Positions 1 to 13,525 of a stretch of DNA of 64,000 nt are shown here, piece after piece; positions within the stretch are counted from its first letter, which is position 1, and each line of letters begins with the position of its first letter. The stretch comes from Octopus vulgaris (Eukaryota). The notes beneath the pieces were generated by a model. The model was given only the letters and a program-made list of their open reading frames with translations, was not told the origin of the DNA and made no database searches. The position numbers were made by a program, and so were the translations under genes. Where the stretch lies: assembly GCA_951406725.2 (NCBI GenBank), contig OX597835.1:28024001-28088000 (forward strand), read 5' to 3'.

Positions 1-7
1 GTGTATG

Positions 8-38
<31 letters not shown>

Positions 39-131
39 GTGTACATATATATATATGTGTGTGTATGTATGTGTATATATATATATATGTGTGTGTCATA
101 TATATATATATGTGTGTGTGTGTGTGTATGT

Positions 132-175
<44 letters not shown>

Positions 176-300
176 GTATATATATATATATATATATAAT
201 GTATATATGTATGTATCTTTGTATGTATGTATGTATGTATAACACACACACACACACATGTAAATATACAGATACACATTTATACTAACATACATACACA
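1..300. repeat. Compound (TA)n/(TG)n/(TATG)n/(CA)n microsatellite
   Basis: Directly visible dinucleotide and tetranucleotide runs; the overlapping YIYI/VCVC ORFs are artefacts. Confidence 0.97.
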
Positions 301-384
301 CGCGCGCGAATCTCTAAGTAGCTCTGTAATAGATATTTACCCTATTTCAGTATTGAACACACATATTTATGTGTGTATATGTGT

Positions 385-1010
385 GTACGACATGCGTTCA
401 AAAAGTATGCGACTTTATTTTTTACCGCCAAAACTAATGCCGCGTGAGCAAAAAGCCTTTGGATGGGAGGTAACGCCTTCCTTTCTGCTCACAGGTGAAA
501 ATTTTCGCGCGCTTGGCCACGTCAGTTCCCGGCTGTTAGCCCAGAGTACAGACGTGTAGTGGGTGCTCCTGAGGTTTTCGTTTTCACCACTGAGATATTA
601 TTGCTATTCTAGATGAGATATTGCAACAAGTTTTGACAAGAGCTTGGTGATACTCAAGCTGAAACCATCCAGAAGATTTAGCAGGTCTTTGGCGATGATA
701 CCTGGGGCAAAACTCAGATCAAGGAGTGGTACAACCGCTTCAAACAAGGCCACACCATAGTGGAGAGCGAGGCATGCTCAAGCAGGCCAAACTCAGATCA
801 AGGAGTGGTACAACCGCTTCAAACAAGGTCGCACCATAGTGGAGAGCGAGGCACGCTCAAGCAGGCCCTCCACGAGCCGACTGAGAAGGTTCAGCGAATA
901 GTCATGGAGAACCATCGTGTAACAATCTTAGGAAATTGCTCACAAAGTGGGAATAAGAACAGGATCGGCGCATTCGATTTCAACAGAAGATTTGTGCATG
1001 CAGGGGGTGC
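385..1010 (+). mobile_element. Decayed mariner transposon: left TIR plus N-terminal HTH region of transposase
   Basis: TIR-like TACGA..CGTTCAAAAAGTATGCGACTTT at ~385-416. From ~617 it translates with stops and frameshifts as RYC.KF.QELGDTQAETIQKI*QVFGDDTWGKTQIKEWYNRFKQG..VESEA.SSRP..EKVQRIVMENHRVTI.EIAHKVGI.TGSAHSI.TEDL, a mariner paired-HTH pattern. It contains a 79-bp tandem duplication. Confidence 0.85.
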
Positions 1011-1142
1011 CGGATTGTGCAAGCCACGACCCAGGCTGGTGGTGAAACATTGGTTTATGGTTTCTGCTTGCTGCATTCGGTCATTTTGCGTGGAATCGAA
1101 AATCCGACAAGCGTGCTCTACACGTCCGCACTCCAGAGAGGT

Positions 1143-1502
1143 GTAGGTGTGGCTGTGAGGTAATAAGTTTGCTTCCCAACTGCAAGGTACCGGGTTCAGT
1201 TCCCCTGCGTACCACCTTGAGCAAGTGTCTTCTACTATAAGCCTCAGGCCGACCAAAGCCTTGTGAGTGAACTTGGAAGACGGAAATTGAAAGAAGCCCG
1301 TCGTGTGTGTGTCTTTCTACCTGTGTTTGTCCCCCACCACCGCTAGACAACCGGTGTTGGTGTGTTTACGTCCTCGTAACTTATCTGTTCGATAGAATAA
1401 GTAACAGGCTTTTAAAACATCAAGTACTGGGGTCGAGACGCTCGATTGAAATGCTTCAAGGCGGTGCCCCAGCAAGGCCGCAGTCTAATGATTGGAACAA
1501 GT

Positions 1503-1505
<3 letters not shown>
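1143..1505 (+). mobile_element. SINE family A (tRNA-like head, internal microsatellite, LINE-like tail)
   Basis: Diverged match to the family consensus: head GTGGCTGTGTGGTAAG..GGTTCAGTCCC (A/B-box-like), core CCTTGGGCAAGTGTCTT, tail GGCGGTGCCCCAGCATGGCCGCAGTC..TGACTGAAACAAGTAAAA. About 20 copies in the window. Confidence 0.85.
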
Positions 1506-1542
<37 letters not shown>

Positions 1543-1546
<4 letters not shown>

Positions 1547-1850
1547 CGCAGGCGTGGCTGTGTGGTAAGAAGCTTGCTTCCCAACCACATGGTTCCAGGT
1601 TCAGTCCCACTGCGTGGTACTTTGGCCAAGCGTCTTCTAACTCTAACCTGTTGTGTGTAAGTATATATATCTGTGTGTGTGTGTTTGTCTCTCCCGCCAT
1701 CGCTTGAAAATTGATGCTGGTGTTTTATGTCCCCGTAACCTAGCAGTTCGGTAAAGGATACCGACAGAATAAGTCTTGAGGTCGATTTCTTCGACTAACA
1801 CCCTTTAAGGTGTGCTCCAGCATGGCCGCAGTCAAATGACAGAGATTAAA
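1543..1850 (+). mobile_element. SINE family A, internally deleted copy
   Basis: Same head and tail as the other family A copies; follows a (TA)n tract. Confidence 0.85.
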
Positions 1851-1879
1851 ATAAATATATATATATATTGAGAGCTGTC

Positions 1880-2070
1880 AACGATTTTGGAGGGAGGGAG
1901 TCAGTCGTTTACATCGACCCCTGTACTTGATTGGTACCAATTTTTTTTATATTTTACCGACCCACGAGCGAATGAGAGACAAAGATGACTGTGGCGGGAT
2001 TTGAACTCAGAACGTATGAAAGCCGACAGAAACACAAGGCAATTTGTCCCGAGACAAAACGATTTGGCGA
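1880..2070 (-). mobile_element. SINE family B (Nin/Deu-domain-like), diverged
   Basis: Reverse-complement match to the family B core GTTCTGAGTTCAAAT..CTTTCATCC..GGGGTCGAT. Confidence 0.7.
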
Positions 2071-2812
2071 AAAGACTTCCTCATTCTTTCATTTGCAGAA
2101 TTTCGTCTGTTGACTCTCAGACGAAAGTCTACAATTAAAATGAAAGAAAGAAACAAGAATTAGCCTTATTTGAGTTATTATTTAAATGAATAAATATATA
2201 TGTATTCACTCAATCGAGTATTTTGCTCTAGATTGTTGGTACGTCCAGTTTGTGTGCGTGCACGTACACTAATTTGATTCAATCATATTTATAAACCGCC
2301 TTAGAAGAAAAAGAAAACGCGGGTAGGATATACCAAATTAAAAATAATTTCTTTCGTCATAATGCGTGCATGAGTACTCGGTGACCAAAAACGTTCATAA
2401 TTCGATTCTAGATCGAAGTGGGGAACTGCTTCGCTAAGGTCGCTGAGAAGACTTGATAACGAAAATATACTATAATTTTGAAACCTTATCCTATCCTCTC
2501 TCTCTCTCTGTCTGTCTGTCTTTCTTTCTGTGGTGTTTTGCCTACGTAAAATATAAAGAAATCAATCGATAGTCTAGCACACCAGCATTCTATGACCCAA
2601 CTATTACATATAGATTGATAGAAGAGGAAAACGGTGAATACACGGAATAAGGATACAAAGCAGAGATCGAACAGAAGCAGAATAGTGCAGATAGATAGAT
2701 AGAATGGAGCAGAGGGAGAAAAAATAGAACACGGGTGGATAGAAGAGAACAGGGGTAGTTAATAATAGAGCAGGAGTAGAAGCAGAGAAGAAGACAGAAA
2801 TAGATGGAAAAA

Positions 2813-3082
<270 letters not shown>

Positions 3083-3474
3083 ATAAGGAGGAAAACACGC
3101 TCAATGTACGTGTATGTGTATAATGAGAGACAGAGAGAGTACAAGTAGTTGTAACTTAGCCATCCTCTCAGCAAAATGGCACGAAATCGCACAAGTGGTC
3201 GTGTTTTCAGCTATTTCGAAACTATAGTCTCGGTGGTTTTGCAAAATCCGAAAGAATTAATTGGAGGAAAAAAAAATTGATTAATTAATAAATTAATTAG
3301 CTAATTTACATAAAACGCATGATGGTGTGGGAGGTAGCGTCAGGTTATTACGTTTATACTGAGACAAAAAAAATATGTGATGGGGGGGTTGATGGGTTTA
3401 AGAAAAGCCGTTTTGCCTAGTCTTGGAGTGAACGATGATGATGATGATGATGCTGTTTTCAATCGGTTGAAATT

Positions 3475-3755
<281 letters not shown>

Positions 3756-4640
3756 TACACAATAATGTGTATGCGTATGTTTTTGAATCGGCAGCATTAC
3801 ATAGGTTTTCAAAACTGGAGCGCCGACATCAAGTTTTAGCGGTTCGGTTTCGATTCGCACGTTGAAACATTCCTGTAGGTCGATAACCACAAGACATTTC
3901 CTCTTTATCTGCCTCAATCGCAAATTATATAATCTAGAATGCTTCGTAGGAATATAAAATCTACATCAGTACAAGAGTACTACTTCATCTTATCGACACC
4001 CACTCACGCTCCAAGCAGCAGCAGGAGAGAAGAACACAGTTTATTTACCTCGACGGAATTTGAACTCAGAACGAAAACAAGTGGATGCTAATAATAAGTA
4101 CAGTAAATCAATTAACGTTTCCCCTTTTTTTTTATGTCGTTAGTAATTCCCTGGGAAATTATTAACTCACACATCTTCCTACATCTGCTTCTATAATCGG
4201 AGGTGTGTTGTCAGACCCACACAAGGTAGTTTGTCTCTGTGGAAGGCGTCAGCGAGTATCTATTTTCGTAACTACATCTTCGGGACGACATCAAACATAA
4301 TTACATACAAGTGGTACACAGCGAATGCCACACACACGTTATATATATATATATATAATGTATGCGACATATACACAAATATATCAACTATATACAGTTG
4401 TGTGTATGTGTATATATAGCAAATATTCCCGCACACAATTAAGTCGCTTTCGGCGATTCATTTTCGAGTTACTTGTTCGATTACTAGACCATACACACCC
4501 ACACTTGTTACTATTAACGGATCTTCAAGCAGAATCTGAGTAACGTGTAGGACAAAGTAGTAAACCTGCTTTTTGATGAAAGGCATAAATCTCTCTCTCT
4601 CTCTCTCTCTCATTATATATTTATATACATAATATATATC

Positions 4641-4850
4641 AAAAGAAGCAACAAGGATATCCAAGATAGTGTAGTACAATTGTTTCATGCTACTTCATTT
4701 TATTAAACACTAAGTATTATATGTTTTAAAATGTCGAGCAATCTTCAGCCACATTTTAAAACTGATGTAATACTTACAGTGTTTAATAAAATGAAGTAGC
4801 ATGAAACAATTGTACTACACTATCTTGGATATCCTTGTTACTTATTTTGA
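4641..4850. repeat. Inverted repeat (fold-back) built from a hammerhead-bearing element
   Basis: 4641-~4735 is the near-perfect reverse complement of ~4751-4850 (AACAAGGATATCCAAGATAGTGTAGTACAATTGTTTCATGCTACTTCATTTTATTAAACACT). Confidence 0.92.
4670..4753 (-). ncRNA. Type I hammerhead ribozyme with long stem II
   Basis: Minus strand reads TGTGG-CTGAAGA-T-TGCT..AGCA-T-GAAAC-AATT-GTA^CTACA. Stem I is TGTGG/CTACA, the core is CUGAAGA/GAAA, stem III is the palindrome ACAATTGT and the cleavage triplet is GUA. Confidence 0.75.
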
Positions 4851-4922
4851 TTATAATCACCCCATTTAATTTATATGGATAATACCATACCAAAATCTGG
4901 TGTCTTTAACTTAAGTACCATA

Positions 4923-5021
<99 letters not shown>

Positions 5022-5039
5022 AAAGATACATGCACACAA

Positions 5040-5250
5040 TTCAACATCATGTGCAACCGTTCATCCAGACACTTTGTTTCTCTCCGTTTTTTTCCTCTTT
5101 CCTTTCTCCATCTGTTTTTCTCTCCTCATTCCTTTCAGCAGAAGAGCGTAGGCCCGAAACGTCAAAGACATTCATTTTTACAAAGCGTCAAACTAACATA
5201 GCATGTTTGTTCTTCCCTCACTAGTCTCTGGCTTTTGGACAATTTTGAAC
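5040..5250 (+). mobile_element. Short hammerhead-bearing element (family H3) ending in (TA)n
   Basis: Pyrimidine-rich body. Minimal hammerhead at 5132-5167 reads CTTT-CAGCAGA-A-GAGC-GTAG-GCCC-GAAAC-GTC^AAAG (degenerate core). Architecture parallels the H1 and H2 elements. Confidence 0.6.
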
Positions 5251-5309
<59 letters not shown>

Positions 5310-6062
5310 AATGTCAAAGCCTTACAAACTTCGATCCCTCTCTCTCCTCTTCTACACGAGAAAGACATGATCAACGTCGTTTCCTCTAGTTTCTCTTTTA
5401 GTAAGCACCATCCCAATGTTGGAATCTGTTGATTCATCCATGTCTTTGGTCTTAGAAATAGCGGGATTAGAACACAATGTGTGCGCGTATATATACTCTT
5501 TTACTTGTTTCAGTCATTTGACTGCGGCCATGCTTTTGATCAGGGATCTGTTCAATAAAGGTTGATCTGGAGGCTAAAGAAATAACTACAAGATAGGGTG
5601 GTCATGGATGGAATGCTTTTAATCAAGAGTGTACTCAATCAGGATTATCCTGGAGCTAAACAAACTGCTCTAATATGGGATGGTCACAGTTGGAATGTTT
5701 TTAATCAGAGGTGTGATTTGTCTGAATTGACGAGAGTTTAAACAAACAACTACAAGATGAGATGGTCATAGCTGGAGTGGCTTTCATCAGAGGTGTGTTT
5801 GATCAAGATTCATATACGGGCTACTCCAGTAGTTCTCAACCATTTTTTAACTACAGACCCATTTGGTTCCTATTTTACTCAGGTGGAGGAGGACATGCAC
5901 GCACGCATGCATGCATACATACATACATACATACATACATTCTTATATATTCGGAGTTCTACTTCTGTTTATCCCACCAAACCGCTACGCGCGTATCAGA
6001 GGAAGTTTCGTTACAGCTTTCGGGAAAATTGGAACAAGCAAAATAAATGAAAGAGAGGCTGT

Positions 6063-6093
<31 letters not shown>

Positions 6094-6160
6094 TTAATAT
6101 TGAAACCTTTTGGATTAACTGGTGCTAGAGTGATCAATATAGTGACCACTCTCTTATATT

Positions 6161-6201
<41 letters not shown>

Positions 6202-6202
<1 letters not shown>

Positions 6203-6612
6203 TAGCAGCTAAGCCCGGTTTCACCCGGTCTGTTTGGATGATGTGGCTGTGATCGTTTTCTGTTAGGTATTATCTATAACAGCGTTTGTCAACCTTGTCA
6301 TTTGGGGTCCCCTGTTTCGATTGGAGCCTCCAGCTGTATGAAACTTTCCTGATCCCACCCCGTCAGAAAACAGCTTCTGAGCAACTGGTTGTTTTAATGG
6401 CAGAAGAAAGAGGGGAATTCCATTAGAAACCATTTTTAATCGATTTTCTCGGTAAGTATGGGGGTTAGGAAAAAAATACAAACTGCATTCCAATCTATGC
6501 ACCCGTCTCCACATGTGTGCCATTTTTCACGCGAATCCACCCACCCGTTTGGCTGTGAACCTCAAGACAAGAAAGAATATAACGATCGCCAATGTCCAAT
6601 TTATATTATAGA
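6202..6612 (-). mobile_element. Non-autonomous Helitron-like element
   Basis: Minus strand starts 5'-TCTATAATATAAA and ends with hairpin CCGGGTGAAACCGGG followed by CTAG|T; lies between microsatellites. Confidence 0.75.
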
Positions 6613-6884
6613 CGTATGTATGTATGTATGTATGTATGTATGTATGTATGTATGTATATATTTCCTCCGGGAACGAAGCTAATGAAGGTGCACATTAAAA
6701 TTCCAGTAAAGGATATATAGTTCCAGGTTAATTCTATTTGAGCGAACCTATGATGAAAGGCTTTGCAGCAGTCAGTCACCATTTTGATATTTTAACGATC
6801 AGAGAGAAACTTATCCAATGTTTCTCCTTTTTCTTTTTCTTAAGTAAAACAGTATTGTGTATGTATGTATGTGTGTGTGGTTTG

Positions 6885-7465
6885 AGCGGGGCTATATCGG
6901 TTAACATGCAGTTTACGGTCATTAAAAAATGTGAACTTGAATTTATCCTAAAAACATGAACGTAAATTGCGATATAGAAACCAGAAGTGACGACACTAAC
7001 ATACCAAAACCTCATAAAACATGCTTGATATCCGATAATGAACTTCTTATATGGGTCTCACCAACTCCTATACTCATGAATTGAGTGGGCTATACACCGT
7101 TTTGTTGAGCCAAATGATGGCAGCATCCATTCACAGTCTATAGAAGGGTGATGGATAATCACAAAGAAACCCAAGCGCCAATATCATGAGCATGGGTGAC
7201 AAAACAAATCTCACGATCATGAAAAACTATTCACAAATCTCATTTCGTACATCAATGAATGTTATTTTCCTATAAATATGATTTGTTTTCATCTTATATA
7301 AAATATATGTACGATATTCTTGTAATATGGAATAAATGTACGTTCGCATACATCGCATACATTGTTTACACTTTCAGATTCTGTTGCAATTTTATTTTGG
7401 TTTTAGTTTTTTAAGACAATCTTTACTTTCACTCATTAACTGCATGTTAACCGTTACCTCTACCG
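6885..7465. mobile_element. Putative MITE
   Basis: Perfect 16-bp inverted match CGGTTAACATGCAGTT (6898-6913) / AACTGCATGTTAACCG (7438-7453); no TSD resolved. Confidence 0.55.
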
Positions 7466-7857
7466 GTTCCAACAGGTTCAACGACCACATATAGAACTAT
7501 ATCGTTGCCTTAAAATTGTGATTTGGCACAAAAGACAAGTAAATACAGCAAGATTTTTTTTTTTCTTTTTTTTTTTTTTTTTGCAGACGACATTTCCTGA
7601 GCAGTTTCTCAAGAAACACTATCTGTGCAACGTACTGAACATATATGTAGAAATTACCGAGAAAATGAATAAAAAACCATTAATTTTGCAACAGTAATGT
7701 CTGGAGTTAGAAATTCAACAATGAAAAATAGGAGGAGGAAGAAGAAGAACAGAGAAATTTTAAAATTCCTCACGACTGTTTTGCGATTTTGCTTCCATTC
7801 CCCCCCCTCCCTTTTTTTTTCCAATGAAAACATTAAAACAAAATTACGATTACTTAC

Positions 7858-7887
7858 CAGCATTTCCAATTAGCCTTGCTTTTTTAA
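7858..7887 (-). CDS. Candidate 30-nt microexon of a minus-strand host gene (phase 1: xKKARLIGNA)
   Basis: Minus strand reads TTTCTCTTTCTTTCTTTCAG|TTAAAAAAGCAAGGCTAATTGGAAATGCTG|GTAAGT. Strong acceptor, consensus donor, length a multiple of 3, only one open frame. Confidence 0.55.
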
Positions 7888-8115
7888 CTGAAAGAAAGAA
7901 AGAGAAATATGAGAAAATATAAACGAAAATGAACATAATAGGCAGGAACTACACAAAGGTGAGACGGGTTTTAGATTTAAAAATTTTAATTTGTATACGT
8001 ATTCAGAGCTCTTTCCCTGTATGCACGCGTTTCTCCACGAGATGACTATATAACGCGTGTATGTGTGTATGAGTGTGTATAATTATATTCGTAAATTTAT
8101 ATATATTTAAATATA

Positions 8116-8322
8116 AGGTGGCGAGCTGCCAAAATCGTTAACACACCGGGCGAAATGCTTAGCGGCATGTAGTCTGTCTTTACGTTCTGAGTTCATATGC
8201 CGCCGAGGTCGACTTTGCTTTCATCCTTTTGAGATCGAGAAGTACCAGTTCAGGACTGGGGTGAACATAATCGACTTACCTCTCCCCCGAACACTCCTGG
8301 CCTTGTGCCAAAATTTGAAACC
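8116..8322 (+). mobile_element. SINE family B (Nin/Deu-domain-like)
   Basis: tRNA-like head AAGGTGGCGAGCTG.. followed by GAGGTCGACTTTGCTTTCATCCTTT..AAGTACCAG, a Nin-type domain. Confidence 0.85.
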
Positions 8323-8324
8323 AG

Positions 8325-9548
<1,224 letters not shown>

Positions 9549-9549
9549 A

Positions 9550-9580
9550 CTAGCTGAAATACCCAGCATTGCCCGAGTTA
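9550..9580 (-). mobile_element. Helitron-like 3' end
   Basis: Minus strand reads CTCGGGCAATGCTGGGTATTTCAGCTAG|T (hairpin plus CTAG terminus) and abuts the TA tract; 5' end not identified. Confidence 0.55.
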
Positions 9581-10389
9581 ATGACTCAGAGAGAGAGAGA
9601 GAGAGAGAGGATGGAGCGAGAAAGAACGTAATATGAAAGGTGTGTGAGGAGAGAGAGAGAGGGTGGGAAGGGATAAGAAAAAAAGAATAAGTTTGGTTTA
9701 ATCACAAATATAGTTGAAGGATTAAGTTATTTCTATTCCTGTGCGTAATGCCATAAGTGTATGTGTATACATGTTAATAGAGTAAAGCTTTGCTCTAAAT
9801 CATTCCTTTGCTTAAAGGCGACAGCGTGTCACACACACACACTGTTTTCATTAGTTATTGTCTCTCTGCAATGACTTGGTTTTGTAAACTGATTGAAAGC
9901 GCGCGCGTGTTTATCCCTGAATGACAGCTGTATTAACGTTATCATCCCACTGCCACCTGGGGATCGTGACTCCTGGTGGAGGGGGAGTCATTTGGAGTTT
10001 CTCGTGGGGTCACGGAGGATTTGGGAGAAAGTAATTTATTTCATGTATTTGAGGTATTGCATAGCAGCCATATTGCTGTATTGCAGCTGTTAGCCGTACC
10101 ATGGCTGTATCTGCTTCTCTCCTGTTCTGTGACTCCCATGGCGTCCTGCGTTCCAAGATTCTACAAAAGCTGAAGATTGGTGTTTTATGCCTCGTGTAAT
10201 ATGCCTCGTGTAATACATCAGTCCCAGCCAAAAACGTGTTGAGGGCTTGAGGCTCCACCCTTAGCCACAATGATACACCCTAAATTTATCATAGCGTCCT
10301 TCGCTTGAACGTGTGCGCGGGGCCCTCTTGAACGTGGGCGCGAGACCCAATTTGAACAAATCTGTCTAATTCGCTTGCAACCGGCTCTG

Positions 10390-10725
10390 CTGGAGGGCCG
10401 TGGGAGTAGAGTCCTCAGGCACCTACTCCATAGGGCCCTATCAGAAGCAATTGTTACGAGACTTTCCGCTTAGGTGTCCGGGCGTGACTAACTGAGACTA
10501 TGGATATGATCTAACTATCTCGTTCTTGGTCTGCCCTTAGATATCCTGCCAAGAATTCTCACGATTCTTTCCCGTGACATTCTAATCACATGTCCGAGGT
10601 ACCAGATCTGTGATCTCTCAATGCGGAGAAGTAGCGGCTCAACTTGGAGAGACTATCTGATCTTCGAGCTACACGTCCTGTCGAGTAACGTTACTCCATA
10701 TCCCCCTCGGAGGAACTCCACTTCA
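10390..10725 (-). mobile_element. RTE-clade LINE ORF C-terminal fragment (pseudogene)
   Basis: Minus strand translates to FLRG..GVTLLDR..SSKIR*SLQVEPLLLRIERSQIWYLGHVIRM..KGRPRTR*LDHI..DRALW, the RTE C-terminal pattern. Confidence 0.8.
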
Positions 10726-10942
10726 TAAATTAATACCCTCAAATAACCGGTTGCCAGTTGTCATGAGGTGAAGGATAAAACCGGCCTGCAATTTGCCACT
10801 GGTCTTGGAATAAAGAATACCCAAACAACAGCTTTGTTTTGTGTGGGAAATGAATATAAATGGTATGTAAAATTCAACTTGCAAGGAGTTGCGTTGATTT
10901 TTATTTCTTTTTGTTTTTACGTTTTCTAAGTGAATATTTATT

Positions 10943-11359
10943 GGATCTTTTCGGTTTGAACGGCAGTTTTTAACAAAATTTCTAGGTAACTAAAAAATTT
11001 TAAACTTCGTATACTGGTAGAATGTGTTTATAAAACATCTTTTTCTCTTGGCTTTATTGAGAAAATTCTATAGTTTGTAAGATATTTGGGGTTTTTTTCT
11101 TCAATTTCTGCAATTTCAACCAATCACTGACGTCTATTGAGGTAAAAAAACATTCTGTGCCGTATGAATATGTCCCTCGTTTAAGAAACAGCTTGGGTTT
11201 ATTTACACTTGTGAAGAAAAAAAAGATACCCTTTCCCCGCCCCTAACCCTAACCCTAAAAGAGATTGAAATGCAATAGATCGATACTAGGGTCATAATTA
11301 TGGGTGACAATTTCATATGACACCGCTAGAAAAAAATGCCGTTCAAACCGAAAAGATCC
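10943..11359 (+). mobile_element. MITE with GGATC TIRs, 8-bp TSD and internal (CCCTAA)3; Merlin-like
   Basis: TIRs GGATCTTTTCGGTTTGAACGGCA / TGCCGTTCAAACCGAAAAGATCC; TSD TATTTATT; telomeric repeats at 11241-11258. Confidence 0.9.
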
Positions 11360-12164
11360 TATTTATTTCTTTTGCAGGTGGTCAATTTTTTGACCGTCAG
11401 TTGAAACAGGTGGTCGCAATGAAAAGCAAGACGCTAAATCATTCATATCCACGTAGGGAATTCAACACATACAAAAAAACAGTGATAAAAAAATTAGGTA
11501 ACGATCGTAATAAATTCTCGTTAATTCATTTAATTATGTTGTATAGAAAAAAAAAAAAAAAGATTTCACAGAACGGAAAAAGTTTGAGAAAATACATATG
11601 TCATTTTTTTTTTTTAATGCCGATTTCATGTGTTAAAATGTGTGAAATGCAATAAGGTGATGGAAAATAAAGAAAAAGAAAAAAAAATTAATGATGGCTT
11701 CTGCCAGCATGATGGGTGGGGGTGGGGGTGGGGGTGGGGGGGCAGACGTTAAAAAATATTGTGATTTTTTTTTTTTAGGCTTTTTCCCCTAGTCGTTTTG
11801 AGATGTAATATTTAAAAAAACGGGAAAACTCCGCCAAAAACTGAGAAAATCCAACTTAAGGGGGACAGCTATTATATCTTCCAGTCTTAGAAACATTGAG
11901 AAAATAGAAGTCAAGAAGTTATGTAAATCTTGGTAGATATAATTACAAATTAGTGTCTCCTTTTGACTTTGCGTTTTCCTCATAACTTTCTAAACCCTTC
12001 TTTGCCTGTCCAAAGTATTTTCATAACTTTGTCCTGGGCATTCGTGATTGTTTCTCAGACTATTTAATTAGCCCTTCTTTCATACGGTCTGAGTAATATA
12101 AAGCTTTCTTTTCCTAAGACCCATGTTGTTGTAGTGATTGAAAAAAATTGAGAATGTGTATCAT

Positions 12165-12550
12165 GGATGGAAGCACTCCGTCGGTTCCGACGACGAGGGT
12201 TCCGGTTGATCCGATCAACGGAACAGTCTGCTCGTGAAATTAACGTGTAAGTGGCTGAGCACTCCACAGACACGTGTACCCTTAACGTAGTTCTCGGGGA
12301 TATTCGGCGTGACACAGAGAGTGACAAGGCCGGCCCCTTGAAATACAGGTACAACAGAAACAGGAAGTAAGAGTGAGAGAAAGTTGTGGTGAAAGAATAC
12401 AGCAGGGATCACCACCATCCCTGCCGGAGCCTCGTGGAGCTTTGGGTGTTTTCGCTCAATAAACACTCACAACGCCCGGTCTGGGAATCGAAACCGCGAT
12501 CCTACGACCGCGAGTCCGCTGCCCTAACCACTGGGCCATTGCACCTCCAC
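12165..12550 (-). mobile_element. SINE family C (tRNA-derived head, OR-like), tail type 1
   Basis: Minus-strand head GTGGAGGTGCAATGGCCCAGTGGTTAGGGCAGCGGACTCGCGGTCGTAGG..GGTTTCGATTCCC; 13-bp TSD GAATGTGTATCAT on both sides. Confidence 0.88.
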
Positions 12551-13214
12551 GAATGTGTATCATATGTGATGCATGAACGCACAGGGAAATATGTCTTGCG
12601 TATCACATATGACATGCAGGACATGCCTGTCCAAAGTGTGTTCGTAACTTTGTCCTAAACGTCCATGCTTGCTTTCAGATTTTTAGTTAGGCCTGGTTTC
12701 ATAAGTCCCAAGTTACGCTTTAGTGACTGAAACAAATGGGAATGTGTATCATATGTGATGCATGGACACTAGGGAAAGGGAAATGTGTCTTGTATATGTC
12801 ACAGAACAGGCAAACGGTCAATAATGCATATTTTTGTTTGAAATTTGACTGAGACACATTTTCAAAGGTGTAGATAAGTGGTTCCCAAACTGAGGTAAGT
12901 TGATCTCCAGGGGTAAATTTCGCCGATCTGGAAGGGTAAATTTCCTGATTCTGGGTTAGTACGCAATATTGAGGTAGAGAGGGCAATTATAATTTTTTTT
13001 AAACTTCGAGAAGAAATTTTGCGGTTTGTCCATCTTATACTAAAATACAAATTTCTTTTTCTTTCACTTTGGAGACAGCGATCAGGGTGAATATGAAAGT
13101 GAAAGTAGATTAAGTTAGGAGTAGCGACAATGAAACCTCATAATTTCATAAGCATAGATACGTAGTTACAGAGTATCTTCTTTTGATAACATAAGCATTT
13201 CTGAAATCGCAGCT

Positions 13215-13430
13215 GAGGTATGCTGCTGCAACGTTAATACACCCAACAATCAACAACGAACACGAGTGAAAAGTGACAGGGGTGCGTTTGATACCCGATG
13301 GATAGACTTCTTATGTTAGTTTAGGTCACATATATAGTTGTGAAGTTGTGAACCATTCTTTAAATTTTGCTGATCCAACGATAAGAGCATCCATACACAG
13401 AATATCGAAGAGCAATTGTTACTCGTCAAG
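13215..13430 (+). pseudogene. Merlin/IS1595-family DDE transposase fragment
   Basis: Translates as R.AATL...LIPDG*TSYVSLGHIYSCEVVNHSLNFADPT-(frameshift)-IHTQNIEEQL, matching the IS1595/Merlin motif SDGW..Y..L...Y.H..VNHS..F.DP..G.HTQ.IE..W. Confidence 0.72.
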
Positions 13431-13525
13431 AATGAACCCGGGTGACAATGCGGACACCGTATCTGCATATGGAATAATAGGTCCAGGTACTGTGAAAAAG
13501 CTATATATATGTTCTATGTATCGTT

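Noticed and set aside
3780-3923. Minus-strand peptide CLVVIDLQECF resembling an isochorismatase N-terminal motif
   Set aside because: Short match only; no convincing splice sites or downstream motifs.
11241-11258. Telomere or chromosome end/fusion site
   Set aside because: Only 2-5 CCCTAA units, always at the same position inside a TIR-bounded MITE.
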